DNA of 64,000 bases. Origin: Mayamaea pseudoterrestris (taxonomy: Eukaryota). Shown here piece after piece: positions 1-9,964 of the stretch. A model generated the notes under the pieces. That model was not told where the DNA came from, did no database searches, and saw only the letters and a program-made list of their open reading frames with translations. Made by a program: the position numbers and the translations under genes. Where the stretch lies: NCBI GenBank assembly GCA_027923505.1, contig BROI01000014.1, positions 558,001 through 622,000 on the forward strand, in the 5' to 3' direction. How positions within the stretch are numbered: position 1 is the first letter of the stretch; every line of letters starts with the position of its first letter.

Positions 1-351
1 GTCCATGGAGCAGCACTTTGTCTGGGCGGCGAGTAAGCAAAAGGCGAGGTATGTTATAACGCATGCCATGCAAACGACGATTGAGGTGGCGACTGCATTG
101 AAAAAGTAGGTGACTGTATCACAGTTGGACATGGCATTGTTAAAAGTTATTGTCTGGCCATCTACCCGAATGGACGTGGGCTTGCATACTTGCAGCGGAA
201 TGTAAAGAGTAGCGCCAACCAAGGTGTATTCCTCTTGTGTGAACTCGGTGTGTATCTCATGGACAGCAATGCCTGCCAGTATGATCCAGGCAATGCTCGT
301 CACTTTGGTGATTGCCGACGTTAGCCAAGCCAAAGACTTTGCGCAAGTCAT
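1..351 (-). CDS. Hypothetical membrane protein, 3' end outside window
   Basis: Manual translation from ATG at 351 stays open to position 1 (MTCAKSLAWLTSAITKVTSIAWIILAGIAVHE...FNAVATSIVVCMACVITYLAFLL); two hydrophobic helices; absent from the ORF track because there is no stop in the window. Confidence 0.6.
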   Translation of the reverse strand, partial: MTCAKSLAWLTSAITKVTSIAWIILAGIAVHEIHTEFTQEEYTLVGATLYIPLQVCKPTSIRVDGQTITFNNAMSNCDTVTYFFNAVATSIVVCMACVITYLAFCLLAAQTKCCSMD

Positions 352-709
352 TGCCGCTTCGGCGCTTGGAAATTGAAGCAGGATGGTGTAGGTGAGGCTA
401 ATGACAGTTGGCGTCCATTGTCAATGATCCTATGGAGCCTCGATCGACAGCCGCTTTGCAAGGACATCTTGTGCCCTGAAGTCATTTGGTCACTCAAAAA
501 GGCTGTCCGAAGGATTTTTATTAAGCCCCTTTCATGAAAAGAATGTGGTGCCAGTGCGTGTGCGACACGCATCGGCTGCAACCGGACTTCACCGCTGCGT
601 CACCATGGAGAAGGGAAGGTGCAATGGTCGAGAAAGTCGCCACATTCTGAAAGCTCTTGAATTGCAACCTGCCTTGTTAATGTGCGATTGACAGTTGTCT
701 TTGAGGATA

Positions 710-3229
710 ATGTCGACTGCAGGATGTCCCAAAGCTAAAAATGCCGCCAACCAGCGTCTCGTGGAATGTCTCTTTGTGAAGCGCAACTCAATGCCACCGA
801 CGCAACCTGGCCGACGAAACCATTTTGCACACAGCATCAAGAGTGCGGAGGACAGTATACGCAAAATGAAAGAACCAATTGAAAATTATAAGCAAGCACT
901 GGCTGTCAAGGGAGTTGGTCCAAAGATTGCGCATATATTGTTTGCCGACGGACAAGACGAAATTGCAGCAGCAGCGGCAGCCAAGCGCAAACAAGATCGA
1001 GCCACGGCCTCCAGCATGCCGGATTCACCAGCCTCATCGGCTGCATCATCCTCGTCCATTGCGACCAAGCGGAGACGCAAAGAAAATGGTGATTCCAGTA
1101 AATGCAGCGCCAAGGTTCGCGCCTACGAAAAGGCGCTGGCCGACGCTCAAACGTGGAAGGCGCAGTCGGCGCGACTGGTATGGAAGGTTGTACTCATTGT
1201 TGATGAGCGAGAGCGGGAAAAGTCACAAATGGAGTCAAAGTGTCTCATGGCCAAAATTCCATGCGAGCGACGGACTCTTCCGATTGGAGACATGGCGTGG
1301 ATTGCGCAAGCCTACGACAAGAACGATCGCTTGGAAAAGACTGTAGTCGAGCTCATGCTTGGAACCATTATTGAGCGCAAAAGTATCAGTGACTTGATCC
1401 AAAGTATCAAGGGCAGTCGCTACGTGGAGCAGCGCATGCGTATGAAGGAGTCTGGATTGCCACAATTACTCTTTCTCGTTGAAGGTGACTTGCACAAGGA
1501 GTCTCGCAACACACGAGAATTCAAAATGTGTTACACGGCCATGTACGAAACGCGTATGCATCTTGGCTTCCAGATTGTTCAAACGGGAAACATGACTGAG
1601 ACGGTGCAAATGTTGAAACGCTTGCATCGACGGATTTTGAAGCGAACATTTCCGTCGGCTTTTTATGCGGAAGCCTTGCCATTCTTCAGTGGACCAGATC
1701 TTGACCATCGACGCCGTCAACAGTCATCATCATCATCGCAGCAGACATCCAGCAGCAGCAGTAGCAGTACCGAACGTGCTCCAGCTGTCCGACACCGACG
1801 AAAGAATGATTCCCTGCAAGAGATGCGGTTTGACGTTGAGCCCGAGCCATTTGGAGATATGGAGCGATTCATCACCTATCCAGAATTCAAGGCAAAAGTC
1901 GAAATGGGCCGCGAGAATGCTAGCCGATCCGTTGCCATGATTCATGCCGCCATGTTGAAGCAAGTTCCCCGGATCGAAAATAAGAAGATACAAGCAATCA
2001 TGAATGCCTATCCCACGCCACATTCCCTATTTAGCGCATACCATGAGCTGGAGACGGAGCGTGAGAAGAAGGAACTGGTATCGCTACTGTCGTTGTCGGA
2101 CTCTACGAGCGCTAAACAACTTTTTGTCGGGCAGAAAAGCTCTGTGAATTTGTATACTGCGTATGGTATGACACGCGACGCAAGTCAGCGACTGTCGTAC
2201 GAAGAACTGACGCAGCGAGTACGGAGTGGCCAGGACTCAACATCCGTGGCGTGCAGTCAGGAAGCTGAGGTTGGCATGAGTCAAGAGCCGTTGTCGGTGA
2301 CTGGTCAATCCTTTGTCATGAAGACGACGAAACAAAACAAAGCAGCCTCATCCGACGAATCTGCTCGGTTGCCCGCTGTGCAGGTACCGACACTTCCATT
2401 CGATCGGACGAAGCAAACAATGGAGTGCATTGATATATTATCATCCGATGATGAAATGAACAAAAAGCCTGCCGCTCGCCTTTCTCCTCTCAAAACGAAT
2501 GTGAACGCAATCGCAACGCAACGCACCAAACATGCAGATGAGTTGCAAAATGACGAACTTGACGACAACAAATTCTCGCCTGCCAAAGCGTATGCTACGA
2601 AAGAGCAATCGCCAAAGCAAGAATTGAAAGGAGACTACACCGCTGATGATGACGACGATGACATTGGCAGTGACTACGACTACTCGCCTTTGAAGGCGCA
2701 AGTAAACACGAAAGAACAATTGCCAAAGGAAAATTTGAAGGGGGACTCCACAGTCAATAATGACGACGACGATGACATTGGCAGTGACTACGACTACTCG
2801 CCTTTGCAAGCGCATGTTAACAAGCATCCTCCATTACCCCGCGACAAGTCAGCGACGAAGAAACTCTACGAGAACAAGCGGGCGTCCAAGCCTGCCAAGC
2901 GACAAGGTTTGTTGTCAGTTTTGGACAGCAGTGACGATGACGACGACGATTATGACAATGGTTCATCATTGAAAAAGGCACCCTTGGCGGACACTAAATG
3001 CGCTGTCCCCTTGGCATCAAACACCGCCAAGGAAGCGCAGCGCAAGACTGCGGCAAAGCCATCAAGTACAATCAAGAGAGGCGTGTTGAGCGTGGGAGAT
3101 AGCAGCGACGAGGAGGACGAGAATGCTTTACCGGTTAAGTCAGCTAACAACAACTCATCGAAACGGTCGCTTTTTCCCGCAATGAAGAAACAGTCGCAGG
3201 AAGTTCTTGATCTTCTTGATGACGATTAG
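710..3229 (+). CDS. MUS81: Crossover junction endonuclease MUS81 (ERCC4 nuclease) with long acidic C-terminal tail
   Basis: N-terminal HhH (AVKGVGPKIA); ERCC4 motifs LIVDERE, LPIGDMAWI, IIERKSISDL..SIKGSRYVEQRMRM, FLVEGD; C-terminal HhH (MLKQVPRI..KKIQAI...YPTP); first ATG at 710. Confidence 0.9.
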   Translation: MSTAGCPKAKNAANQRLVECLFVKRNSMPPTQPGRRNHFAHSIKSAEDSIRKMKEPIENYKQALAVKGVGPKIAHILFADGQDEIAAAAAAKRKQDRATASSMPDSPASSAASSSSIATKRRRKENGDSSKCSAKVRAYEKALADAQTWKAQSARLVWKVVLIVDEREREKSQMESKCLMAKIPCERRTLPIGDMAWIAQAYDKNDRLEKTVVELMLGTIIERKSISDLIQSIKGSRYVEQRMRMKESGLPQLLFLVEGDLHKESRNTREFKMCYTAMYETRMHLGFQIVQTGNMTETVQMLKRLHRRILKRTFPSAFYAEALPFFSGPDLDHRRRQQSSSSSQQTSSSSSSSTERAPAVRHRRKNDSLQEMRFDVEPEPFGDMERFITYPEFKAKVEMGRENASRSVAMIHAAMLKQVPRIENKKIQAIMNAYPTPHSLFSAYHELETEREKKELVSLLSLSDSTSAKQLFVGQKSSVNLYTAYGMTRDASQRLSYEELTQRVRSGQDSTSVACSQEAEVGMSQEPLSVTGQSFVMKTTKQNKAASSDESARLPAVQVPTLPFDRTKQTMECIDILSSDDEMNKKPAARLSPLKTNVNAIATQRTKHADELQNDELDDNKFSPAKAYATKEQSPKQELKGDYTADDDDDDIGSDYDYSPLKAQVNTKEQLPKENLKGDSTVNNDDDDDIGSDYDYSPLQAHVNKHPPLPRDKSATKKLYENKRASKPAKRQGLLSVLDSSDDDDDDYDNGSSLKKAPLADTKCAVPLASNTAKEAQRKTAAKPSSTIKRGVLSVGDSSDEEDENALPVKSANNNSSKRSLFPAMKKQSQEVLDLLDDD
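2575..2822 (+). repeat. In-frame 114-bp (38-aa) tandem duplication within the MUS81 tail
   Basis: gacattggcagtgactacgactactcgcctttg occurs at 2660 and 2774; peptide TKEQ.PK..LKGD.T..DDDDDIGSDYDYSPL appears twice. Confidence 0.9.
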
Positions 3230-3324
3230 CGACGACACTGGTCTAGAGACCTTTATTGAGCAGATAGGCTTTGTCTGACGCATGTGTAAAAGCTGTAACG
3301 TAAATATAGAATCAGTTTATTATC

Positions 3325-3663
3325 TTATCGCTTCAGTACAGCCAATACATATCCCTCGTGCGGCGAAATCATCAGTTCATAATTATCCTTGCTTCGCAGC
3401 TGCATGAATGAGACTTTATCATCGGCGTCCGTCGTCTGAAAGTAAAGATTTGCTGCATCCATCAGTTTCTGAACATTCTTGGCATGAGTTGGACCATTAT
3501 GGTTGCTTCCACTCTCGACCATGATATCGCCGCTGCGATTCAGAATCAACACCATTTGCACGCCCTTGTGGCTCGATAGTCGTGAAACAGTTTCCTGCAT
3601 TTCCTGCAGGTTGATGCTGTTACCGTCTTCGACTGCGGTTGTTGCTTCGGATGATGTTGCCAT
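3325..3663 (-). CDS. Dynein light chain roadblock/LC7 family protein
   Basis: ETVSRLSSHKGVQMVLILN...VSFMQLRSKDNYELMISPHEGYVLAVL matches the roadblock pattern. Confidence 0.85.
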   Translation of the reverse strand: MATSSEATTAVEDGNSINLQEMQETVSRLSSHKGVQMVLILNRSGDIMVESGSNHNGPTHAKNVQKLMDAANLYFQTTDADDKVSFMQLRSKDNYELMISPHEGYVLAVLKR

Positions 3664-4093
3664 GATATTTCTAATTCAGCTAGTTTCCTGCTATACGAAC
3701 GAACATAAAGCAAGCAATTGCTTTTCCTTGCTCGTCTCGTTTACTGTCAATGCATTTCACATGATCATGGTCGCGCGATCGCAGCGCAAGCCGCAATCTA
3801 TAATCGCACTGGTACTCAATCTATCTTACCGGCACTCACATCGATCTTTCGCACGCCGCTCTCTCGTCGTCGGCGCCTCGTCGTTCCATAATGACGAGTC
3901 CTATGCCTTGTATGCAATATAAAAGCAACCAGCCTTTGTTGCTGAATGAATAATCTCAAACGAATCGACGATTTGGGACGATTTTAATTACAAGTTGCGT
4001 TGAGCAAACTCAGGGTCGCCTCTTGCCGACTTGCGCGCTCATCGTACAAAGAATTGGATCTTCTTTCCTCCTGCACATGTTTTATATGCAAGT

Positions 4094-4888
4094 ATGCATA
4101 TCATGATTCGCTTGGTAGTAATTTGTTTCTGGTTATTATTCTTATCGCTCCGTTTGAGCTACACACGTGCCCGAGAAGATGCTCATGTTCTATACGCAAC
4201 AAACGCCATTGCCATTGACGAATGCACGCTCCACATTCTAGACGCTTCGTCGGGAAAGGAAGTTAAAGCCATTGGTACCGTCGAACATGTTTTGGATGAT
4301 ACGCCCATGGGTATATTTGGAATGTGCTTTTTCAATGGAAGCATGTACGCTGTCAATCATCTCGACCAGCTTGTCACCATTGATCTTCAAACTGCCAAAG
4401 CGACCATGGTTGGATCGATTGGTGTCAATGGACTGTACGATCTCGCATGTCCTCCCGCTTCTTTGTCGGACGAAAAGGCTTCAGCGCTACTATATTCGTA
4501 CGGAGCGCAAGATTCTAAACTGGTGGCAATCGACCCAACAACTGGTCAAGGACGACTGTTAGCGTCAAGTTTACCCCCAGCGGAAGCGGTCAGTATGGAC
4601 TTTGACCATCAAGGCACGCTATGGCTGCTGGCGAACGGAAAAGCATTGAGTGTTGTCGACACAAGGACTGGAGCATTAACACCTCACGGCACCCTCGATG
4701 GCGTACATGTCAATCAGCGACATGGATCCATCAAAGGCGGCGAGTTGTACAGCGCCTTTTTTGAAGCAACACCAAGCAACGTTTGGAAGGTCCATTTGGT
4801 CAACGCGTCTGTAGAGTCGGTGCTGTCTACGAACCTTGACAATACTTATACGTTGGCATTCGTAAACGCAACAATGGCGCGACTGTGA
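4094..4888 (+). CDS. Putative secreted beta-propeller-like protein
   Basis: Hydrophobic N-terminus (LVVICFWLLFLSL); recurring L..ID..TG.....G blades (LVTIDLQTAKATMVG, LVAIDPTTGQGRLLA, LSVVDTRTGALTPHG). Confidence 0.65.
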   Translation: MHIMIRLVVICFWLLFLSLRLSYTRAREDAHVLYATNAIAIDECTLHILDASSGKEVKAIGTVEHVLDDTPMGIFGMCFFNGSMYAVNHLDQLVTIDLQTAKATMVGSIGVNGLYDLACPPASLSDEKASALLYSYGAQDSKLVAIDPTTGQGRLLASSLPPAEAVSMDFDHQGTLWLLANGKALSVVDTRTGALTPHGTLDGVHVNQRHGSIKGGELYSAFFEATPSNVWKVHLVNASVESVLSTNLDNTYTLAFVNATMARL

Positions 4889-5012
4889 CGTCCAGGCGCG
4901 ATGCACGTCATGCCATAAGCATAGAGACGACACGCGTAAGCTACATTACTTGTCCTGTCACAGAACAGTTTATTTGTATACTATGTAAACTCAGAACGCG
5001 GCTAGGACATTT

Positions 5013-5100
5013 ATACAAGATGGAATGCCTGCCAAGTAAACATCTCGCTGCCATGCTATGGGTGAGATCTTCTCACCAGTCCCAGTCAGCCGCACCCATG
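5013..5100 (-). repeat. Solo degenerate fragment of palindrome repeat family B
   Basis: tacaagatggaatgcctg...ggtgagatcttctcaccagtccca aligns with tacaagatggaatgcctg...ggtgagaactgttcaccagtccca at ~50602-50673. Confidence 0.7.
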
Positions 5101-5362
5101 ATTTTGTTAATACAGTAGGCCTTGTTTTGCCATATATATTATGATTTATAGACGAAGTGGGGTTGAAGTCTCAGGTCTTGCAGGTCGTTTGGCAGGTTGC
5201 ATCCTTTTCACGATTGGATCAGTCCCGCATGTCAATCAAGGTGCCCGCGCCGCGCGCCGCGCCAACCTCACCTTCGCCTTGAAACAGACATCATGGATTC
5301 GCATGACTCTCGTTGTCGAGCCAGCGACTGTTCACTTGCCTTTAGCCCTTTTTCCCAATACA

Positions 5363-8122
5363 ATGAGTAGTCCAACCAAGCGACTGAATCCAGACGCGTC
5401 ATCGTCGCCAGCCAAAGCGAAAAAGGGAAAAGTAGACGTCAATGGCGACGACGAAGACCCTCAAGTCTTGATTGGCCGTCAACGTCTTGACCTTGAGCGC
5501 CTGGTGACGGCAATGGAACTGGTAGAAATTCCACCACACTCATCATGGCAATCCATTAGTATGCGAGGTGAACGGGCGCAGACTCTTTGGAAGATTGTGG
5601 CACCGCACTTGACCGAGCAGCAAAGACTGAAACTGGAACCCCGCGTCCAACGCGTCTGTCAACGAGCCAATGAAATTTCCAGTGAACTTGCCAAGGACGA
5701 CACGGATGACCCTGTGCAACGCATCTTTTATAGGAACGAGCAGCAAAACCAAAAGCACGCTGCAGATGTAAATGGAGACGAAAGACCAGCTGTTGCTATT
5801 GCGGCCAAGCACGACGTCACTCCGACAAGCAAGGCAGAAGCCGCTCCTCCCAATTTGTCTGCCACGAAAAATGCTACGTCTGCAAGCACTAGCACCGTCC
5901 CTGCTCCTCCCAGCATTCAAGAATTGCAAAAGACGCAGCGCGAGCAAATGGAAACGGCCATTGGTCAAATGGCCGCTCAAATGAAGGAGGAAACGGCAAA
6001 AATTCACTCGACGTTGCAGAAACAAACGACTGGCATCTTGGCGGAAATGGAACATGTTGCGACGGAAAACGTGGAGCAAGTCACGCAGGTGGCCAGGGAC
6101 GTCAAAAACCATGTCTCGAACAGCTGGAAGCGGTCCATTGGGACTTGGGCCATGCTGTTTACCATTGTTGGAGCGTTTCTATTTTGCCTTGTAACCATTC
6201 AAGTGGCGCCCAAGCGACCTGGCGCATGCTTGTTCTTTTGCGACCGAAAGTCGACGAAGAGTGGGAGTCATGCAAGCGTTCAAGCATCTTCGAAAGCAGC
6301 ATCGACTTGTGAAATGGATGTCAATGGTGACTGCATTGCGCCGCTACACGCAGATTTTGCGGGTGGGCATGAGTTACCTCGAGAGACTGAGCGAACGCTT
6401 GATCAATTAGGCGAAACGAGTGAGCAAACAGAACGGATGGATATTTATTCGTCGGTGGATGGCATGGCGGAGGAAGCGCTTAACGAAGGTTCTGTGGAAA
6501 CTGTCAACGGCGATGGCAACCAGGGCGCCGATCAGATTGCCGAAGCTGCAGCTGTCAATGATCTTGATGACATTGAATTTCCTGTGGACGGACTAGCTGA
6601 TGACGTTTTGAAGGAATACATGGAGACGGTCGAGGCTGCGCGTAACCCAACACCCGACGCGACGACTCGACCTAACGCAAATGCAGCCAACGAAGGAGTT
6701 GACAACGATCCCTTCGCTGGGTTCGAGGCTGTGAATACCGACGAAGCAGCTGAATACAACGGTCCACGTGTTACCCTCACCGATGTTATGACGGCCGCAG
6801 TGAAAGGTGATGCCGAACTGGTCAAGGAATATTTGGCCATCGACCCGAGTTTGCTCAATCAGGGGGATGAAAACCGTTGGACGCCACTACATCTTGCCGC
6901 GCACGAAGGACACGAGGCAGTTGTCCGGGTGCTGTTGGATATAGGTGCTGACCTTGATGCAACGACGATTGATGGCAAGACTCCGCTTGACTTATCGATT
7001 GAGCGACAGGGGCAAGATCATGCAATGACAAACAGTTTGCGAATGAAAGTGCACGAAAGGCAGCAATTTACAGCATCTGATCTTCGTACTGCCGCTGAAC
7101 TGAACCGGATTGAGCTTGTGCGTGGATATCTTAGCGTCAAGCCTGATTTAGTCAACGAGGGCGATGAAAATCGCTGGACCGCTTTGCACTTGGCTGCACG
7201 TGCCGGCCACAGTGAGGTGTTACAGGTGCTACTCGCCGCTGGGGCGGATGCAGCATTGACGACATTGCATGGGAAGATGCCGATTGATATAGCGGTTGAG
7301 AGACTCGGTCCGGATCATGCGATTATAAGTATACTTCAGACGACAGCTGGTCAATCAAACGGCATGGACACATTGGCAAACGATGACGGAGATTCAGACG
7401 CCGAAAGTGTGAGCGAAGATGTGAATTCAGACACTGCAATAAATCAAGCCGAAGAGACGAATGATGAGGAGAATGCTGATGAAATCGACAACGACACTGT
7501 TGATGACGATTTCTCAAGCTCGGGCGATGAAGATGAGCGCGAACTCATCGTTGCTATACAGTCAGCGGCGGGCTATGGCGACGTGGACACACTCAAGGCT
7601 TACCTTGAATCACATGCACATTTGAAGGATGCGACCGACGAAAACGGTTGGAACGCTCTTCACGTTGCCGCGTCGAATGGACAAGTTGGTGCGTTGCGAA
7701 CGCTGCTGCGGGCTGGTTGCGATCCATGGGCACAGAATAATGCCGATGAAACGCCGTTCGACGTGGCTTTTAATGAATATGGAGATGCACATCCTGTCAC
7801 TACTATTTTAAAGGAAGTGCAGTCTGCTGACCTGAGTGACGCTAATGATTTGCTGGAGGCGATTGATAGTGGCAATGTCGAGTTGGTTCGGTCAGTGGTG
7901 CTGAGTAAGCCTTATTTAAAGTCTCACGAAATTGGCGCTACTGCTTTGCATCAAGCAGTCACTGCTGAGCAGTCGGAATGTCTAGGCTTCCTTTTGGAAA
8001 ATGATTGGGATCCATATCTAGTGGACAACGAAGGGCTATCCGTTGTTGATGTGGCAGACGAGATGTATGACGAGGATCATCCAATAATGCTGCTATTGGG
8101 CGAATATACTGATGAAATGTAA
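5363..8122 (+). CDS. Use1-like ER SNARE fused to C-terminal ankyrin repeats
   Basis: Coiled coil REQMETAIGQMAAQMKEE...ENVEQVTQVARDVKNH followed by TM WAMLFTIVGAFLFCLVTIQVAPK resembles the USE1 C-terminus; then ankyrin repeats (WTPLHLAAHEGH, WTALHLAARAGH, WNALHVAASNGQ, ATALHQAV); Kozak-like ATG at 5363. Confidence 0.75.
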   Translation: MSSPTKRLNPDASSSPAKAKKGKVDVNGDDEDPQVLIGRQRLDLERLVTAMELVEIPPHSSWQSISMRGERAQTLWKIVAPHLTEQQRLKLEPRVQRVCQRANEISSELAKDDTDDPVQRIFYRNEQQNQKHAADVNGDERPAVAIAAKHDVTPTSKAEAAPPNLSATKNATSASTSTVPAPPSIQELQKTQREQMETAIGQMAAQMKEETAKIHSTLQKQTTGILAEMEHVATENVEQVTQVARDVKNHVSNSWKRSIGTWAMLFTIVGAFLFCLVTIQVAPKRPGACLFFCDRKSTKSGSHASVQASSKAASTCEMDVNGDCIAPLHADFAGGHELPRETERTLDQLGETSEQTERMDIYSSVDGMAEEALNEGSVETVNGDGNQGADQIAEAAAVNDLDDIEFPVDGLADDVLKEYMETVEAARNPTPDATTRPNANAANEGVDNDPFAGFEAVNTDEAAEYNGPRVTLTDVMTAAVKGDAELVKEYLAIDPSLLNQGDENRWTPLHLAAHEGHEAVVRVLLDIGADLDATTIDGKTPLDLSIERQGQDHAMTNSLRMKVHERQQFTASDLRTAAELNRIELVRGYLSVKPDLVNEGDENRWTALHLAARAGHSEVLQVLLAAGADAALTTLHGKMPIDIAVERLGPDHAIISILQTTAGQSNGMDTLANDDGDSDAESVSEDVNSDTAINQAEETNDEENADEIDNDTVDDDFSSSGDEDERELIVAIQSAAGYGDVDTLKAYLESHAHLKDATDENGWNALHVAASNGQVGALRTLLRAGCDPWAQNNADETPFDVAFNEYGDAHPVTTILKEVQSADLSDANDLLEAIDSGNVELVRSVVLSKPYLKSHEIGATALHQAVTAEQSECLGFLLENDWDPYLVDNEGLSVVDVADEMYDEDHPIMLLLGEYTDEM

Positions 8123-8172
8123 TACTAACAGCTTAAGAATATCTTGTACTGATGTGAATTGCATTTGCTAGG

Positions 8173-9618
8173 TTACAATGGAGCTTGCTCTTCAAGATGC
8201 ATGTTGATCAAGCGCGAAAGCTGGTCACCGAGATGGCCATTTGACAGCCAATGCACCCGAAAGTATGCAGCGTGGTTCAGCAGATCCCAATTCAATTGTG
8301 CCGGCATAGTATTCTCTTCTGTATCATCCGGACAATATAATACCAACAAAGCTCCTCGTGGCAGAAATATCGCCGAAGCTAAGCCATCGCCTTGGCAATC
8401 AGTGATCATCACGGTAGTTTGGGACACCATGATCGCCTGCTCCTTCACACTCACTTCGTTGAATGTTTGTGATTGAACTCTAGTTGTGGGCGACGCTGAT
8501 TGTAGCGTTTGTTTAACCGAGTCGACTGCTCGAAGCAACTCGGGCGCTGACAGGGGAGACGTGACGAATGTTACCACGATTTTGTCAGACGATATTGTGG
8601 ACGGCAATGCTCCTTCACCCTTAAACAGCTTGCTCGCCACGAACGTGCGAAACTGCCACATCAACGCTCCATAGCCGACCATATGCGTCATTGTGTAGTC
8701 TTGATCCGTCCAATTCGACTCCTTTTTCAAGTGGCTGGCCATCATTCCCAAACCTGCCGCTCCAAACTTGCTACAAACGTACGGAGACTGAAGGCCCGTC
8801 GTCATTTGCGCAAACTCCATTTGCGTCATTTGCTGGAATTCGTTCAAACCCAGAAGTGAGCGATACTTTTCTAAATGGCGCTGACCAAGCTGTAAATGTT
8901 CGTCGGCGCAATCATTGCACGCACTACGGACGAGTAGGAATTTCTTGTCTGAAAGTCCAAACATGCTAGCCAGCAAATAAATGGGAAACCAGTCGTCCCA
9001 CACCAAGTGCCCAGCATGGTTAGCTTGAAACGAAACATAGGGAACCAGCAGAGTGTTTTCGGGAAGCATGTAGACGCCGTGGGCATGTATATCAGTGCGA
9101 TTTGTTTCAATGCGAGGAAACCATTTCTGCCGAGACGAGAGTTCAGGCGTCAAGGTACCAAGTGAAACAAACGAGTCCTTCATTGTGGAAGACGAAACTG
9201 CAAACTTGTTTGATGTTTGGTCAAGTAGTTGCTGCAGTTGCAGCTCCTCCAACGACGGAAAGAGCACGTAGTCGTTGGAGCGAGTGTCGAAGCAAAGGTT
9301 TCGAAACTGGCAAGACTTGAATTTCCACGCGTCGCTATTAAAGTTTTCGCCGACGCAGTGAACCGTAGAGTAAAATTCGTCGGTTGTTGTCACGTGTTTT
9401 AGCTGCTGATGTGAATCCGTGTCATCCAATTCTGCCGCCACTGCTGCAAGTTGTCGTCGCGGCGGAACGAAACCTTGCTCCATTCGTCCTATTTGCTGCT
9501 TTACAACCACCAAGAGATGACTCAGAATGCAAAGGAGAATCATAAAGACTGCCATCCATTGCAGCAGAACGTAAATTATGTTCCTTGTGAAAAATTGTGT
9601 CCGCGTTTTAAGCGTCAT
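8173..9618 (-). CDS. Type II membrane glycosyltransferase, GT61/DUF563-like
   Basis: N-terminal TM; SCQFRNLCF, NHAGHLVWDDWFPIY, SVKEQAIMVSQTTVMITDCQGDGLASAIFLPRGA resemble GT61-like motifs. Confidence 0.7.
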   Translation of the reverse strand: MTLKTRTQFFTRNIIYVLLQWMAVFMILLCILSHLLVVVKQQIGRMEQGFVPPRRQLAAVAAELDDTDSHQQLKHVTTTDEFYSTVHCVGENFNSDAWKFKSCQFRNLCFDTRSNDYVLFPSLEELQLQQLLDQTSNKFAVSSSTMKDSFVSLGTLTPELSSRQKWFPRIETNRTDIHAHGVYMLPENTLLVPYVSFQANHAGHLVWDDWFPIYLLASMFGLSDKKFLLVRSACNDCADEHLQLGQRHLEKYRSLLGLNEFQQMTQMEFAQMTTGLQSPYVCSKFGAAGLGMMASHLKKESNWTDQDYTMTHMVGYGALMWQFRTFVASKLFKGEGALPSTISSDKIVVTFVTSPLSAPELLRAVDSVKQTLQSASPTTRVQSQTFNEVSVKEQAIMVSQTTVMITDCQGDGLASAIFLPRGALLVLYCPDDTEENTMPAQLNWDLLNHAAYFRVHWLSNGHLGDQLSRLINMHLEEQAPL

Positions 9619-9964
9619 GCTGATGGATGCGGAATGCGGACACTGGCGACGAGCTTGCAAGCCGCCTCGAGTCACTCAGTCGCTCAATCCCAGCCTCCAT
9701 TCAACTGAAAAGCTTTCATGCTCTTGAAATAAATTTGTACCTTAATGAATCTACAGCAAGCTCTTCTAGCTCATGTATCCTCGTCGCCGGCGCATTTTGT
9801 GATGCATCGCGTTTTGCTAGCGTGACAGTACCACTGCGACATGTCACGCGGAAGAAGGATCTTTCGCAGCTTTCGCGCAGAGGATGTGAGAAGATGCGTG
9901 CGACGAAGGACCTGGCATTTTCATTCGTAAGAAGCGCTTATCATACATACGGAGTACAACAGTC

